DNA of 63,801 nucleotides, filler included, from Octopus bimaculoides (Eukaryota), in assembly GCF_001194135.2 (NCBI RefSeq). It is 6 parts of 6 records of this genome, joined end to end, with 100 filler letters (N's around TTAATTAATTAA, not from the genome) between each part and the next. Parts side by side here need not be neighbours in the genome. Positions count along the whole stretch, not along the records: positions 1 to 13,392 come from NC_069008.1; positions 13,493 to 31,419 come from NC_068984.1; 4 more parts are not named here. The stretch is one strand, 5' to 3'. How positions within the stretch are numbered: position 1 is the stretch's first letter; each line of letters begins with the position of its first letter. Of the stretch, positions 10,290-22,730 are shown in pieces. The notes under the pieces are model-generated. The model saw only the letters and a program-made list of their open reading frames with translations. It was not told where the DNA came from and searched no databases. Both the position numbers and the translations under genes were made by a program.

Positions 10290-10800
10290 GGCTGGGAACC
10301 ATGGACGCATTCACCATATCCCTCCATCAATTCCTGTCTCGCACTAGAAAGAGTAGCCAAGTGCCTTCATATCTGTGAGATGGGACGAGAGAAAATAATT
10401 CCTGAATGGTTGGATGGAGGTGGTGAGCATCATATATCACTGCCTGGGCGTTGTGCCTCGCCTCAGTTCACTTCTAACCGATCTGTAACGCCCGATATTC
10501 TGCTGTCTATGCGAAGGATGTGTTCCATTGTTCAAGCGCTCTATTTGCTGTCAACACCCGCTCAATGGAGGGCTGGGCATGCTGCGGCTGACGATACGTA
10601 GGAATGCACTGAGGCTGCAACATCCCTATCAATTCCTTGACAGTCATCAGGTGTGGTCTCTGTCTTTTCCCAGTTCATCTTTTTGACGAGGTTACAGTCC
10701 TGGGTCAGTCGGAGATCAAAACAGGGCCTTTGACATCTGAGATATTGTCATGCCCTGGCGACCCTCTAGCAGTCGGACAATGCAGTACCTGGAAGTCCCA
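10290..10800 (-). mobile_element. Decayed RTE-like LINE ORF2 C-terminal relic
   Basis: Frameshifted IERVLTA..HILRIDSRI..SELRRG resembles the RTE W.GHV.RM.D.R.PK...GEL..G motif. Confidence 0.4.
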
Positions 10801-13392
10801 TATTGGCTTTTTAATGGGGATGTTCGTGAGCAAATGGGTTTAATACGTCATTTAAGTGAAATGATGTGATGTCACAATCGTCACTTCCGGTTTCTATCAA
10901 TTTATTTTAGGACAATTCACGTTCATTTTCTTTACGACTATAAACCACAAATTAATCTTCTACTCCCTGGAATTGAATTCTAGATGGTGGAACACTGAAA
11001 TTTGAATGAAAAGAAATATATACATTCGCATGGATTATTCTGCTTACTGTAACTCAACTGGTGAAACTTTATGTGTTTGCTACGTCTGCTGGAATTAACA
11101 GTCAAATCTGTTTTTAATCTCTCTTAAAAATTTAAGTACACACTGGATAATAAAAGTTTTGTGGGATTTTTCTTAGATGGGAGCTGGAAATTGAATAAGG
11201 TTGTGTGTCGTTTCCCACATAAACCACTCCCAATATTCAGTTTTAATGAATCATATTATTTCCATATTGACCACAGAAAGGTTACTTGTCGGAGGCTGTA
11301 TTGTTGTATACTAGAAGTGTGTTTATATATGTTTGGCAAAAAGTGAGATTATTATATGTTCGTGCTGGTGAGAGGCAGGAGATGAGAATGTTCTGTGTTC
11401 GTGGTAGGCAAGGTGAGTATTTTTACTCGTAGTGGACAGGCATGGCGAACCAGGAATCTTATGCGACGCTTCTGTCTTCTCTCGAACCTCTGTCCTGCTA
11501 GTACAGGAGAAAGTGAGACTTCAACTAGGTCTGGTTGGAAAAAGTGCACCTATATTTTTCCATTTGTACATTCGTTTGACAACGACAATGTAGTGAAATT
11601 GTGCTCACATCAGATGCAAAGGAAAGTAGATATATACTGCACTTTTCGATAATCAGATTGGAAGAAAATGACATTTCACTGTCTAGTGCAGAATGTAAAA
11701 TGACAAAAATAAAAAGGTTTTGTATACTCTTCAAGGAGATAAGTCAGGATTCAATCAACGCAATCGATATTTAGTCTTTGGTCATGAAAGAAAATAGGTT
11801 CTCCATTTTGTCGATGCGTTATTCTGCTCTTCGGACGTGAAGACAAAACATCGGCCAAATGTGTTTTCTGTCGATGATTAATTTCGAAATTTAGTGTAAT
11901 ATTTGAGTGGCAAAGAATAACTTTTAACTCTTTTCCGTTGTCAGTTATTGTATGCTGCCATAAAAAAGTTCTCTGTAAAAAGCATTGAAACAGAACTGGA
12001 CACCAGCGCATTCCCAAGTCGAAACAGGCGATATTGTGCAGTCGGGTAACTCTTGCTCTAAAGGTGGATTGCTGTATGGTTCACAGATCTTAAAAACTTT
12101 GTATAAAAGTTGTAGTTCTTTCAATCTTTGTTACCAAATAAGGCTTCTCACATCGGGGTCACCCAATTAGCATCCATATTATATGTCGATAATATTAATG
12201 CTATAAATAAGAAGGAAATGTTATAGAAATTTGACAAACGAGTCTTTTTCTCAGATAAAGAGGTTTTATTCAACAACAATAAAAATTACTGAGTCACAAA
12301 AGAAGTATAACAATAAAGTAACAATAAAGAAGAATCACTCTTTAAATATTACAGTCAGAAAGCAAATACGTGAGTTTGTCTTTGTGTGCAATAGAAAGCT
12401 TACTGAAAGCTTACTGAACATACGACAAAAAAATATGTGTATATATACGTGAGAAATATCTTCCATTTCCAAGTTGAACATTGATTCATGCAGGTGAAAG
12501 ATAAACTGTGAAATAAGGAATCCAACAACACATTAGATTTCCAGGTTCTAAATTCAGTGGGCGTGAGCACATAACAAAAAAGGGCCTCACATCCCAAACA
12601 ATTTAAAACTCATCTCTCTTATATTACGCGAAATATTTCATTAGATAGAATATACATAATTGTATTCTACATGCATTAAGTTCATGTTTCAGTAACAATG
12701 TCATTATGTATGAAACTTACAACTACTGATTAAGATGTGACGTGAAAAAGATGGAACTCCGGGGGATCGTTCAGTGTCGAGAAGTTATGACGTCAGGGTT
12801 TGTTTTGGTTCTTCAGATGTCAGCGGCTACGAACACATCACAGGAGATTGAGAAAACAGTTCAAAAGCACAGGAGGTGGGTCAAATAAAATATTAATTTC
12901 AGAAAGTTTTTCCAAGGCCATGAAAGATATCCAAGAAGGTATATTCGACTTCTATCACACAAGTGAACTAAAGAGTGAAAAAAAATGATGAAAAAGCGCC
13001 AGTTTTGAAATATGTGGTCGTGGGGATCGGTCGCTAACCTTGCTCCTCTTTTAACTGCTTGGCCGCAATTTACATATTGTAAAACAAACTCAGGTGTTCT
13101 CTTCAATAATTTGTCGAGCGTACCAGAAATTTAGCAGGATAATTGATTACAGAGACCAAGTCACTTGTCTAATTTTCACCATATTACGTATTGTTTTATT
13201 ATTCCGTAAAGCGTAAGTAATGAACCCTTGTAGTATATTAGTGTAAATTTAAATGATAAGTCCATCGCAGTAAATTATTATTTTCCAGCAAGTATTACCA
13301 TGCAGCAAAATATTGCGATGCAGAGGCAATGAAGTTAGTGTGAAAAATCATGTAGAATATGGGCAAGAAAAAGTTTTGATATCTAATCATAT

Positions 13393-13492
13393 NNNNNNNN
13401 NNNNNNNNNNNNNNNNNNNNNNNNNNNNNNNNNNNNTTAATTAATTAANNNNNNNNNNNNNNNNNNNNNNNNNNNNNNNNNNNNNNNNNNNN
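13393..13492. other. Assembly linker N44-TTAATTAATTAA-N44 (same 12-mer at 31464, 45095, 49556 and 62568)
   Basis: The identical all-frame-stop 12-mer is centred in a 100-bp N block five times. Confidence 0.95.
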
Positions 13493-13549
<57 letters not shown>

Positions 13550-14369
13550 CACATATATATATATATACATGTATATATAGGTATATAGGTGTATAGGCAT
13601 ATGTCAGTGTGTGTGTGCTTCTTTAAATATATACATATAAGCCACATATATGAGACTATGTGCGTGCATGCGTCTGCGTTTGTCTGTGCGTGTGTGCAGT
13701 AACACAAAAGTGCACAAGCACACCTATATTTATATATAAAACATGAGCACACATACTTTTTTATTCTATGAGGGAAGTTATTATATTTTTTGTCTACATA
13801 TTAGTGCTTATGTTATTTGCCTAAATATTACCAACAGTTATAAAGTAAACAAATCTATTGAGTTCCTTCAGTTCAAAAGCTTTCTAAATATATCTAAATA
13901 CATATACAACGTTCTGCAACAATAACTAACTTCGTTACCATAATTAATAGAATGCTTTGATGTAACCACAAACAACCGGAATTGGAGAGCGGCTTTTATA
14001 TTCTGTCTGAATTAAGGAGTAGTCTCGTGTGTGTGCATGCCTCTATTTGTAAGAATAAATATAAATACACACGCATACACACGCACAAAACACGCACACA
14101 CACACGCACACTTACACACGCACAGAAGCACACGCACATACGTACACGCACACATGCACACACACATATAGGTATATGTATCTACACAAAATTATATATA
14201 CTGGCTTTTATGTAGAATTTATGCCAGTTCAAATTATGTTTTGCGTAATGGAATTCCACGTTATGGTACAATTTCCTGAAACATATTCCAGTAATGTACC
14301 TACTGATTCTATGTGTATATACTCTCTTTATATGTATAAATATACATGTGTGCGTCAGTGCGTGTGTAC

Positions 14370-14408
<39 letters not shown>

Positions 14409-14759
14409 GACACACACATATATATATACATATATATATATACGTATATATAAGTATATAGACGTAGATAGACACATAGATGTAATAATTTTGTTGGGAG
14501 GTTAACCCCGGAGCTTACGTATTAAACGCATCCAAGGGTGTTGGCTATGATACAAAGAAAGTAATCTGAAGCTTGTTTTCTCATGCAAATGTTTGGAATT
14601 CCACAAATAGCCACATAGTTTTTAAAATGATAAACAACAAAGCTGAAGCGGAGCAAGTCTTTTAATATTTAAACTTGCAATTGTTTCATCTGAGTTTTAC
14701 CTAATTTATATTGCAATATTACGTAATAAGTATTATGTGTGTGTGTGCATTTATCTGGC

Positions 14760-15720
14760 AGTTTTTTCTATTCCTTTCGAGCAAAATCCAGCTGTCTTCG
14801 ACAGGAAGAAACTTTCCACATACATTTTTGCCTGATCTTCTTGGGAAAATTTGTTGCCCACCTGAGCATGTCATGGAGAGCGAAAAAATGGCAATCAGTT
14901 AGTGCAAAGTCTGGTGAAAATGGTGGATTGGCTAGAAGAGACTTGCCCAAATCCATTATTTTTTCCTGCGTGGTTCTTGCTAAATGTGGTCTTGCACAAT
15001 GTTTCTCCTATTGACGAGTGAAGCACGTTTACTTAAACATTTTCCATGCATATGTTGCAGATGTTGAGAATATAAGTCGGCATTTAGTACTTGATTGCAG
15101 TTTTAAAATCCATAATAAATGATACTGCAGTGATCCCACCATACACTCAACAAAACCTTCCTTCTATGGAGCTCATTTCTTGAGGTAGGTTGTAGAAATT
15201 TATTCTTGTCAATCCATTGCCTTTTGCGTTGAACATTGTCATAAAAGACCCATTTTTCATCACCTGTAGTGATATAACAGGAAAAATGGGTGATTTCCAT
15301 GCCTTGAAAGAAGATTGTTCACTATGGACATGCGACTTGGTCTGTTTTTCTCATTAAGAGTATAGGGAGCCCAAACATTCTGCTTACTCACTTTTCCTAT
15401 CTTTTGTAAGTGGCAGCAAATGCTATATTGGGATGCGTTGAGGACAATTGCTTATTCCCGAGTACTTTTACGAGGATTGAGTCCCGCTAATTGTCTTAAA
15501 GCACCTTCATCGAAGTTTGATAAGCGTCCTGGTTTCTGAGTTGATCTCTCAACGTCAAATCTCCTGAACAAAACTTTGAAGTCAATTACGCACTTGCTGC
15601 TCAGAAGCGAGACTTTGGTCATAAACACTGCATATTTCCTTAGCTGTTCCTGTGGTGTTTTTCCATTTTTAAAGTTCCATAACATCACGTCGTATATTCA
15701 CTTTCAGTACATTCTTCTTA
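14760..15720 (-). mobile_element. Mariner (DD34D) transposase relic
   Basis: N-terminal LWNFKNGK..RFDVE..PGRLSNFDEGALRQL..NPRKSTRE; ITTGDEKWVFYDNVQRKRQW..KVLLSVWWD; FSPDFALTDCHFF (the YSPDLAPSDYHLF motif). Broken by stops and frameshifts. Confidence 0.9.
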
Positions 15721-16889
15721 GGGGAGTGAAATTTAATATTAAAATACGATGTGCACGTTTTCACTGCTTAAATATGAATGACAAATGTAGCTGATTTTGA
15801 AATAGTTGTTTCGATATCAATTTTAAAAAGGTGAGGCTCGAAAATCGTCATTATAATTTACTTCCAAAAAAATGGAAAATGTTTATGACTCTATCCATAT
15901 TTCACTGTTTTCTCCCACCTATCGCATCCTCTCTCTCCTGCATTTCCCTTCCTCGCTTTCCCCCCTCTTACCATCTATCCTTTCCTTTCTCTTCCTTCTT
16001 CCATCTATACTACTCCTCTCTCCGCTACACACACACACACTCTCTCTCTTTGCTATCACCAAACTCGAAGGTGTCTTCCGTTTCTTTAAACTTACATTGA
16101 CTATATAAATACTTCCCGCTCAATCCCAATCACTTTTATCTTTCTTGGTGTCGCTATTGAACAGCACCTTACACATAACGGAATATGAGCAAACTTAATT
16201 TCTCTTCCCTCTTTCTACTATAACTTCATTTTATTATGGTTCCTTACTGCATATGCCTTTTCTACATTTTTCTTACCATGATTTCTCCAACGCTTCACTC
16301 CCTTGCCCCTCTCTCTTTCTCTATTTCTACTGAATCCCAAACTCACTGAAGGATCACTTCCGTTTTCTACCTTTTGTCTCCTCTATATAAATGTAGTAGA
16401 TTTTGACTGGTTGAAATGTGCATAATAGCAAACTCTAACATAAAGGTATAGAAGCATTTCCTAACAATCACCAAGTGATTTAAACCGGATAAAGCCATTA
16501 ATTCAACTTAGGTGTAATAATCCCTTGGAAAACGTGAACCACTTTTTAGTATCTTACAAGGTATTCGATATAATTTTAAATAATGGATGTTTCCGAGAGA
16601 AGAGTCTTTCATAATCTTGGCATCCGATAGAATACAGTAATTATCATGTACAAGACAATATAGGAACCGAAATAACATAGGAATGACAGCTGGAGGAAAT
16701 AAGATTTATTTCCCTCTCTGGATTTTCTAAAGTATTAATGTGCATATTCTTGATGATATAGTTCATGTATTGTTGGATGATTCCTCTCTTTCTTTGACTT
16801 TTATTTAATATTATTGCTCAACTGATGGATGTAGTTTGTTTGCTGAGTGAACCAAAAGCTTCCGTCATCAAAAACCAATTAGGGTAAAC

Positions 16890-17360
16890 CGGTTATGCTC
16901 TTGTGATGAAAGACAAACTTCTGAAGCAACTCTTGGACTTCCATTTTAAAGAACTCAAATATAATAGAGATAGGCAACAGAATATATTCGAAAATATCGG
17001 GATCAACAATAAGAAAACAAAGAGCACAGAGGGAAATCTCTGGTGAACCAACATCCACAGTCGAAAATCATTTTTCGAAGAGAATAATGGTACATTATTA
17101 GAAGGGAAGAAAAATGAAGTAGCAAATAAAACCTCAAAGCTATTTGGGACGAAACGTCCCAAGAGTAAGAAGAAATGGCAATTTGCAAAGCAAAGCGTAA
17201 ACACTGATTTTACCAGGGAATTCATAACTAGTTCTCAATAACAAAGGCCAACAACATAAAGTACGAGATATAGTCGCTAAGAAGATGTCTACGATGTCGA
17301 TATCGTTGCAATCTCCAAAACGTCTTATGATTCTGAAGAGCGTAATGTGTATCAATTAAA
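16890..17360 (+). mobile_element. Decayed LINE fragment covering the start of the APE endonuclease
   Basis: LNNKGQQHKVRDIV followed, after a frameshift, by DVDIVAISKT, resembling APE motifs I and II (NV.GLN...DI..LQET). Confidence 0.5.
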
Positions 17361-18292
17361 CTTCTGTAGTATACTCGCAGAATTTTACCAGGTTTCCGGA
17401 TTTTGAATGAATATAGAAATCAGCTGCAAACATCTAATAAGAAGTCATATAAGGAAATTAAGGTCACACCGCATGCACACGCACTCACGCACACACGCAC
17501 ACACGCACGCACACGCACACACACGCGCAAACACACGCACAAGCACGCACAAGCACATACGCAAACACACACACATGTGTGCATGTAAGTATGAATTTAT
17601 TTAAACGTGCGATCGACTGTGTGTGCAAGCGAGGGAGGACTTGAATAATTGAAATTAATCTTCGTCTTATATTTATTTTAGTCTAGAAATAGTCAAATAC
17701 TCCATACATATTCAATATATATAATATTATGTACGTTTCATTCTTTCGTGTTTTTATTACATTGGTTTTACAATGAGGTATATTGCTATATGTTATGCGA
17801 TTGATTCATGGAGAAATGTGTTTATACTATAATCACACATACATATACACTTATATAAATAGGACTCTCTCTTTAATCCTTCATATATATATAATGTTGG
17901 AGCATCTATATGGAGCTGGTAATCAATATGAATTAAAATATACTGTATGTTTTCATAAAAATTATCATCAAGACGTACAAATGAATATATAAAATAATCA
18001 TTGATTACAATTAATATATGAGTATATGTATGCGGTGTTGGAAGTTTGTGACCTTGCTGGTATGCATGAATATTAGTTTTTTGCGTGTGTGTGTGTGCGT
18101 GTGAGCCTGTCTGGGTATGCATGCATCGTATCTAATATATATGCACTGTTGATATCTAGCTACTGCATTATGTATTCGGAGATAACATTCCCTACGAGCA
18201 TGCACTTCAGGGTGGATATTCGTAATACCTGTGAAGATTTTTCTATAGCAGAAGCTCAAATTCTCGATCGGACACCTATTCCGCTAAGATTA

Positions 18293-18657
18293 TCTTCTAT
18301 ATATATAAAAATGAGAATGTGTGTCTGTCTGTATGTCTGTTTGTCTGTATGTCTGTCTGTCTGTGTGAATCCCTAAAACTCGAGAACTACGCAACCAATT
18401 TCATTCAAATTTTACACATGCCTTACTTAGGGTTCCAGTTGTGTTTTAGTCAAAAACAATTATTAACTTCTTGCAGAGTTCGAGCACACGGCAACATAAT
18501 ATCTCCTCCACTATTTAAGTATTACGTGTCAAAAGTGAAACAAAAACACTCATGTCAAATACTTTCACTTTAAAACTGAAACTATTCCACTAACTGAAAC
18601 AATCACATTTCGATACTGTAGTGACAGATACTTTCACAGAGAGAGAAAGAGAGAAAG

Positions 18658-18696
<39 letters not shown>

Positions 18697-19851
18697 NNNN
18701 NNNNNNNNNNNNNNNNNNNNNNNNNNNNNNNNNNNNNNNNNNNNNNNNNNNNNNNNNNNNNNNNNNNNNNNNNNNNNNNNNNNNNNNNNNNNNNNNNNNN
18801 NNNNNNNNNNNNNNNNNNNNNNNNNNNNNNNNNNNNNNNNNNNNNNNNNNNNNNNNNNNNNNNNNNNNNNNNNNNNNNNNNNNNNNNNNNNNNNNNNNNN
18901 NNNNNNNNNNNNNNNNNNNNNNNNNNNNNNNNNNNNNNNNNNNNNNNNNNNNNNNNNNNNNNNNNNNNNNNNNNNNNNNNNNNNNNNNNNNNNNNNNNNN
19001 NNNNNNNNNNNNNNNNNNNNNNNNNNNNNNNNNNNNNNNNNNNNNNNNNNNNNNNNNNNNNNNNNNNNNNNNNNNNNNNNNNNNNNNNNNNNNNNNNNNN
19101 NNNNNNNNNNNNNNNNNNNNNNNNNNNNNNNNNNNNNNNNNNNNNNNNNNNNNNNNNNNNNNNNNNNNNNNNNNNNNNNNNNNNNNNNNNNNNNNNNNNN
19201 NNNNNNNNNNNNNNNNNNNNNNNNNNNNNNNNNNNNNNNNNNNNNNNNNNNNNNNNNNNNNNNNNNNNNNNNNNNNNNNNNNNNNNNNNNNNNNNNNNNN
19301 NNNNNNNNNNNNNNNNNNNNNNNNNNNNNNNNNNNNNNNNNNNNNNNNNNNNNNNNNNNNNNNNNNNNNNNNNNNNNNNNNNNNNNNNNNNNNNNNNNNN
19401 NNNNNNNNNNNNNNNNNNNNNNNNNNNNNNNNNNNNNNNNNNNNNNNNNNNNNNNNNNNNNNNNNNNNNNNNNNNNNNNNNNNNAACACTGTCTGTAGCT
19501 GGTCTTCTCTTGGAAGAGCCCTGCTTCTCACATGGACAACTGTATGTTGGCTGCTCAAGAGTGGGCAGCAACAAAAAACTTATTTGTATATGCTCCACAA
19601 GGGAAAACAAGGAACATAGTTTACAATGAGGTGTTATAATCACAATAGCAAGAAAGTATGTACATGATCACCTTCTTTTACGAAACTTCATTGACTTTCA
19701 TATATTTATATTGATATACATATATATACGTGTGTTTGGGTGCGTGTGTGTATATACATCTCTATATATGTAAAGATGATGCGTAGTCTAGACGGCGTTT
19801 TTAGATTTCATTATTCTCTTTAACCCGGACAACGCCGGGTATTTCTGCTAG
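18293..19851 (+). mobile_element. Helitron with both termini and a helicase C-terminal fragment (790-N gap inside)
   Basis: A|TC at 18292/18293. 3' hairpin acccgg-acaacg-ccgggt at 19823-19840, then CTAG|T at 19848-19852. 19485-19639 reads TLSVAGLLLEEPCFSHGQLYVGCSRVG/NLFVYAPQGKTRNIVYNEVL*, the PIF1-type Helitron helicase end, with a +1 frameshift. Confidence 0.92.
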
Positions 19852-19997
19852 TAGTAATTTAAAAGGACGAAAAGTACTGAAATGCAAATGCTCTTTTCAC
19901 TGGCCATCGTCGGACAATACACTTTCTCTCACTGATGTTTATTACCATTTTAAAAGTAGCTACATTTACATTGGTACATAAATTTCATTATTCTCAG

Positions 19998-20188
19998 GTG
20001 AAGATATCTGTGTTGACTATTACCTTCTCATCGGGTGTGGGAAGATAATATCCGTAGGGAACTTTTGTTACAGAGTTAATAGAATTGCAGTCCAAAAAGC
20101 TAACGTTTATGATGCACGAAGTGCGTTTGGTGATGATTGCAACTATTCACATTGTGGAGTTACGTGCAAAGCAGTAAAGTCACGTTGA
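19998..20188 (+). CDS. Candidate Cys-rich terminal exon (G)EDICVDYYLLIGCGKIISVGNFCYRVNRIAVQKANVYDARSAFGDDCNYSHCGVTCKAVKSR*
   Basis: Acceptor ttcattattctcag|, open phase 1 frame of about 63 codons, 6 Cys. No upstream exon identified. Confidence 0.35.
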
Positions 20189-21631
20189 TCGTATGGAACG
20201 AACTACAGCGTCACTGTATAGTAATGCTTAGCGTCTGTATTTGATGACGTTTTGATGATGTTTTGTACTATAGCGGAAAGATTATTGGCGACGGGTTTTT
20301 GAGTAGAGAAATGAATGATAATGATGCTTCGGCAGGTGCAGTTGTTCTTTGTAAATAGCATATATTCTTTGAAATCATTCAGCTTTAATGCACTGTTGTT
20401 AAATTGTTAGGCACTGGGATAAGAACCGCCATCAAAGAGAGACATGCGTTTACGTATCTTTCTGGCTACGCTTCCCATATTTAAATGATGGATGGCTACA
20501 GTAATTTTAATATAATATGCTGATTTCATTTATTCTATAGCAACAAAAATTGCACCCGAATACAACTTTCCATGCATATTATGTATACGTCCGATATCCA
20601 TAAAAATTATTTATTTTTCGATTTAATTTCATTTCTACATTTTCTTAAGTATTTATGTACATTTCCATGACGATTGCATTCAAGTATTGCTGGTTTATTC
20701 TTCTCTTTCAATGACTTTTATTTAATTTCCTTGCTTTGCTGATGGAAGTATTAAGCTCCTTGAGGCATCGTACACGTGATATGAAGTTCAGCGGAGCATC
20801 TTCACTTGCCTGATAAACAGGAAATGTAAAATTATGATAGATAATTACTCATACTCAGTTTCTGAGGCTTCTGCGCCCACAGGATCAAAGACTCTCGTAC
20901 ACACGTGCACATGATCGCTCGCACATACACGCACACATATTTTCTTGTTCGTTTATTTTAATGCAGCGTAAAAGTACGGCAATAAATTTAATGCCTGTAT
21001 TCAACCTTGAACACATGTTTGAATATCCACGTGAGTTTTAGTGTATACACTGTTAGAAGTTTAGTTATAAGCATTTGGAAGATACAAACATTTACTTTAG
21101 TAAAACCGGGAGCGCCTATTTTGTGGGCCACTAAATCCCACTGTAGAAAATTTCTTTGAAAATAGTGTGTGATCCCTAGAAAATATTGTCAGATTTTCTC
21201 TAGAAAGAAACATTAAGGAAGAATTTACTTTGAACTCAATATTTATCACATCACTAGATCTCATGTCAAGTTTAACTACAGCTTGTTTAATCATGCGCCA
21301 TATGTTCAGGTTAACATTTTAATATATATATGCATGCGTGTCAAACAAACATGTATGAAATTATTCCATATTAATTTCTGTTTTCCTTCAATAAAGATAC
21401 TAAACATGAGCCACTGTAAAAATACTTTTGGGTAACTTGTTATAAATTTACCAAATCGTGTCCTACAGCATCAATGTTTGCTGAATTCACTGTAGATTCC
21501 GATTTATATTCGTTAAATTCGCTTTTTTTTGTTTAAAAGTTCTACCTGAAATGTTTTCTTTTTGAGCGAAGCAGCAAAATAACGAGAGCTCCAGGGCAAC
21601 ACGCTGAAATAAATGTACTACTGGTATATAT

Positions 21632-22012
21632 GTTGGCACTCCGTCGCTTACGACGTCGAGGGTTCCAGTCGATCCGATCAACGGAACAGCCTGCTCATGA
21701 AATTAACGTGCAAGTGGCTGAGCACTCCACAGACACGTGTACCCTTAACGTAGTTCTCGGGGATTTCCAGCGTGACACAGTGTGACAAGGCTGAATCTTT
21801 GAATTACAGGCACAACAGAAACAGGAAGTAAGAGTGAAAGAAAGTTGTGGTGGAAGAGTACAGCAGGGTTCGCCACCATCCCCTGCCGGAGCCTCGTGGA
21901 GCTTTAAGTGTTTTCGCTCCATAAACACTCACAACGCCCGGCCTGGGAATCGAAGCCGCGATCCTATGAACGCGAGTTCGCTGCCCTAACCACTGGGCCA
22001 TTGCGCCTCCAC
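21632..22012 (-). mobile_element. SINE family A, full length, tRNA-derived head
   Basis: A box TGGCCCAGTGG (22000-21990) and B-box-like GGCTTCGATTCC (21957-21946). Homologues at 3823-4104, 22583-22730 and 46372-46680. Confidence 0.9.
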
Positions 22013-22582
22013 ACTTTACCACCTAATTCTTCTTCTTCTTCAACATCATACTCGCACAAATACAAAGAAGTACACACACACACACGCACACACACACACA
22101 CACACGCACACACACACACACATGCACATTCACGCACAAACATATATCTTTGTAGAAAAGCAATTTGTTTCAATGTCTTATGAATACTACATGTGTTGTG
22201 GTGTATAGCTGCTTTCCGTTTGAAAGTATATGGATACATTCCCTTATTTTTACAATTGGAGTTATGCTGGTGTGTTACAGTTTTCATATCAGCTGATGGA
22301 TTCGATGTATCCAATGCTTTTTCATTTGAAAAGACGTACACTCGAATAATGAAGAAAATATGCCGAGAATTATACTTATATAAACGAGAGATTAGTTTAC
22401 TTGTATTTTAAGAACTAAAACAGAAAACATGCGTTATCCCCAAGGTTTTGTAGAAAGCTTTCATGCATTTTCTTTACAATTTAGTATTCGTTATTGGGAG
22501 ACATGCAGTTTTACGAAGAACGGTTGTACTGTTGGGATGATCTTCCATGCACGATTTCACATCGGAATCTTGCAAACTTGCA

Positions 22583-22730
22583 CTGCGTCCGTTACGACGA
22601 CGAGGGCACCAGTTGATTCAATCAATGGAACAACCTGCTAGTGAAATTAATGTGCTTGTGGTTGAGCAATCCACAAACACGTGTACCCTTAACGTAGTTT
22701 TCAGCGTAACACAGAATGTGAATTACAGGT
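22583..22730 (-). mobile_element. SINE family A, old decayed 3' fragment
   Basis: gttacgacgacgaggg..cagttgat.caatcaa.ggaacaacctgct..gtgtacccttaacgtag aligns to family A. Confidence 0.7.

Noticed and set aside
11751-12017. ORF with ITDNGKEL, resembling an integrase TDNG.EF motif
   Set aside because: No other rve motifs and no LTR or Polinton context; a single short motif is likely chance.
13437-13448. Recurrent palindromic TTAATTAATTAA (five sites)
   Set aside because: Always centred in N44-12-N44 blocks, so it is an assembly linker and not biological.
18590-19643. Long X-filled ORFs here and at other gaps (25.5, 33.5, 35.3, 41.1, 42.4, 44, 46, 48.8, 53, 57 and 61 kb)
   Set aside because: Open only because N runs and dinucleotide repeats lack stop codons.
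21936-22012. tRNA-like heads (also 45315, 48670 and 50874) as tRNA genes
   Set aside because: Each is fused to a repeated SINE body and I could not build a full cloverleaf.
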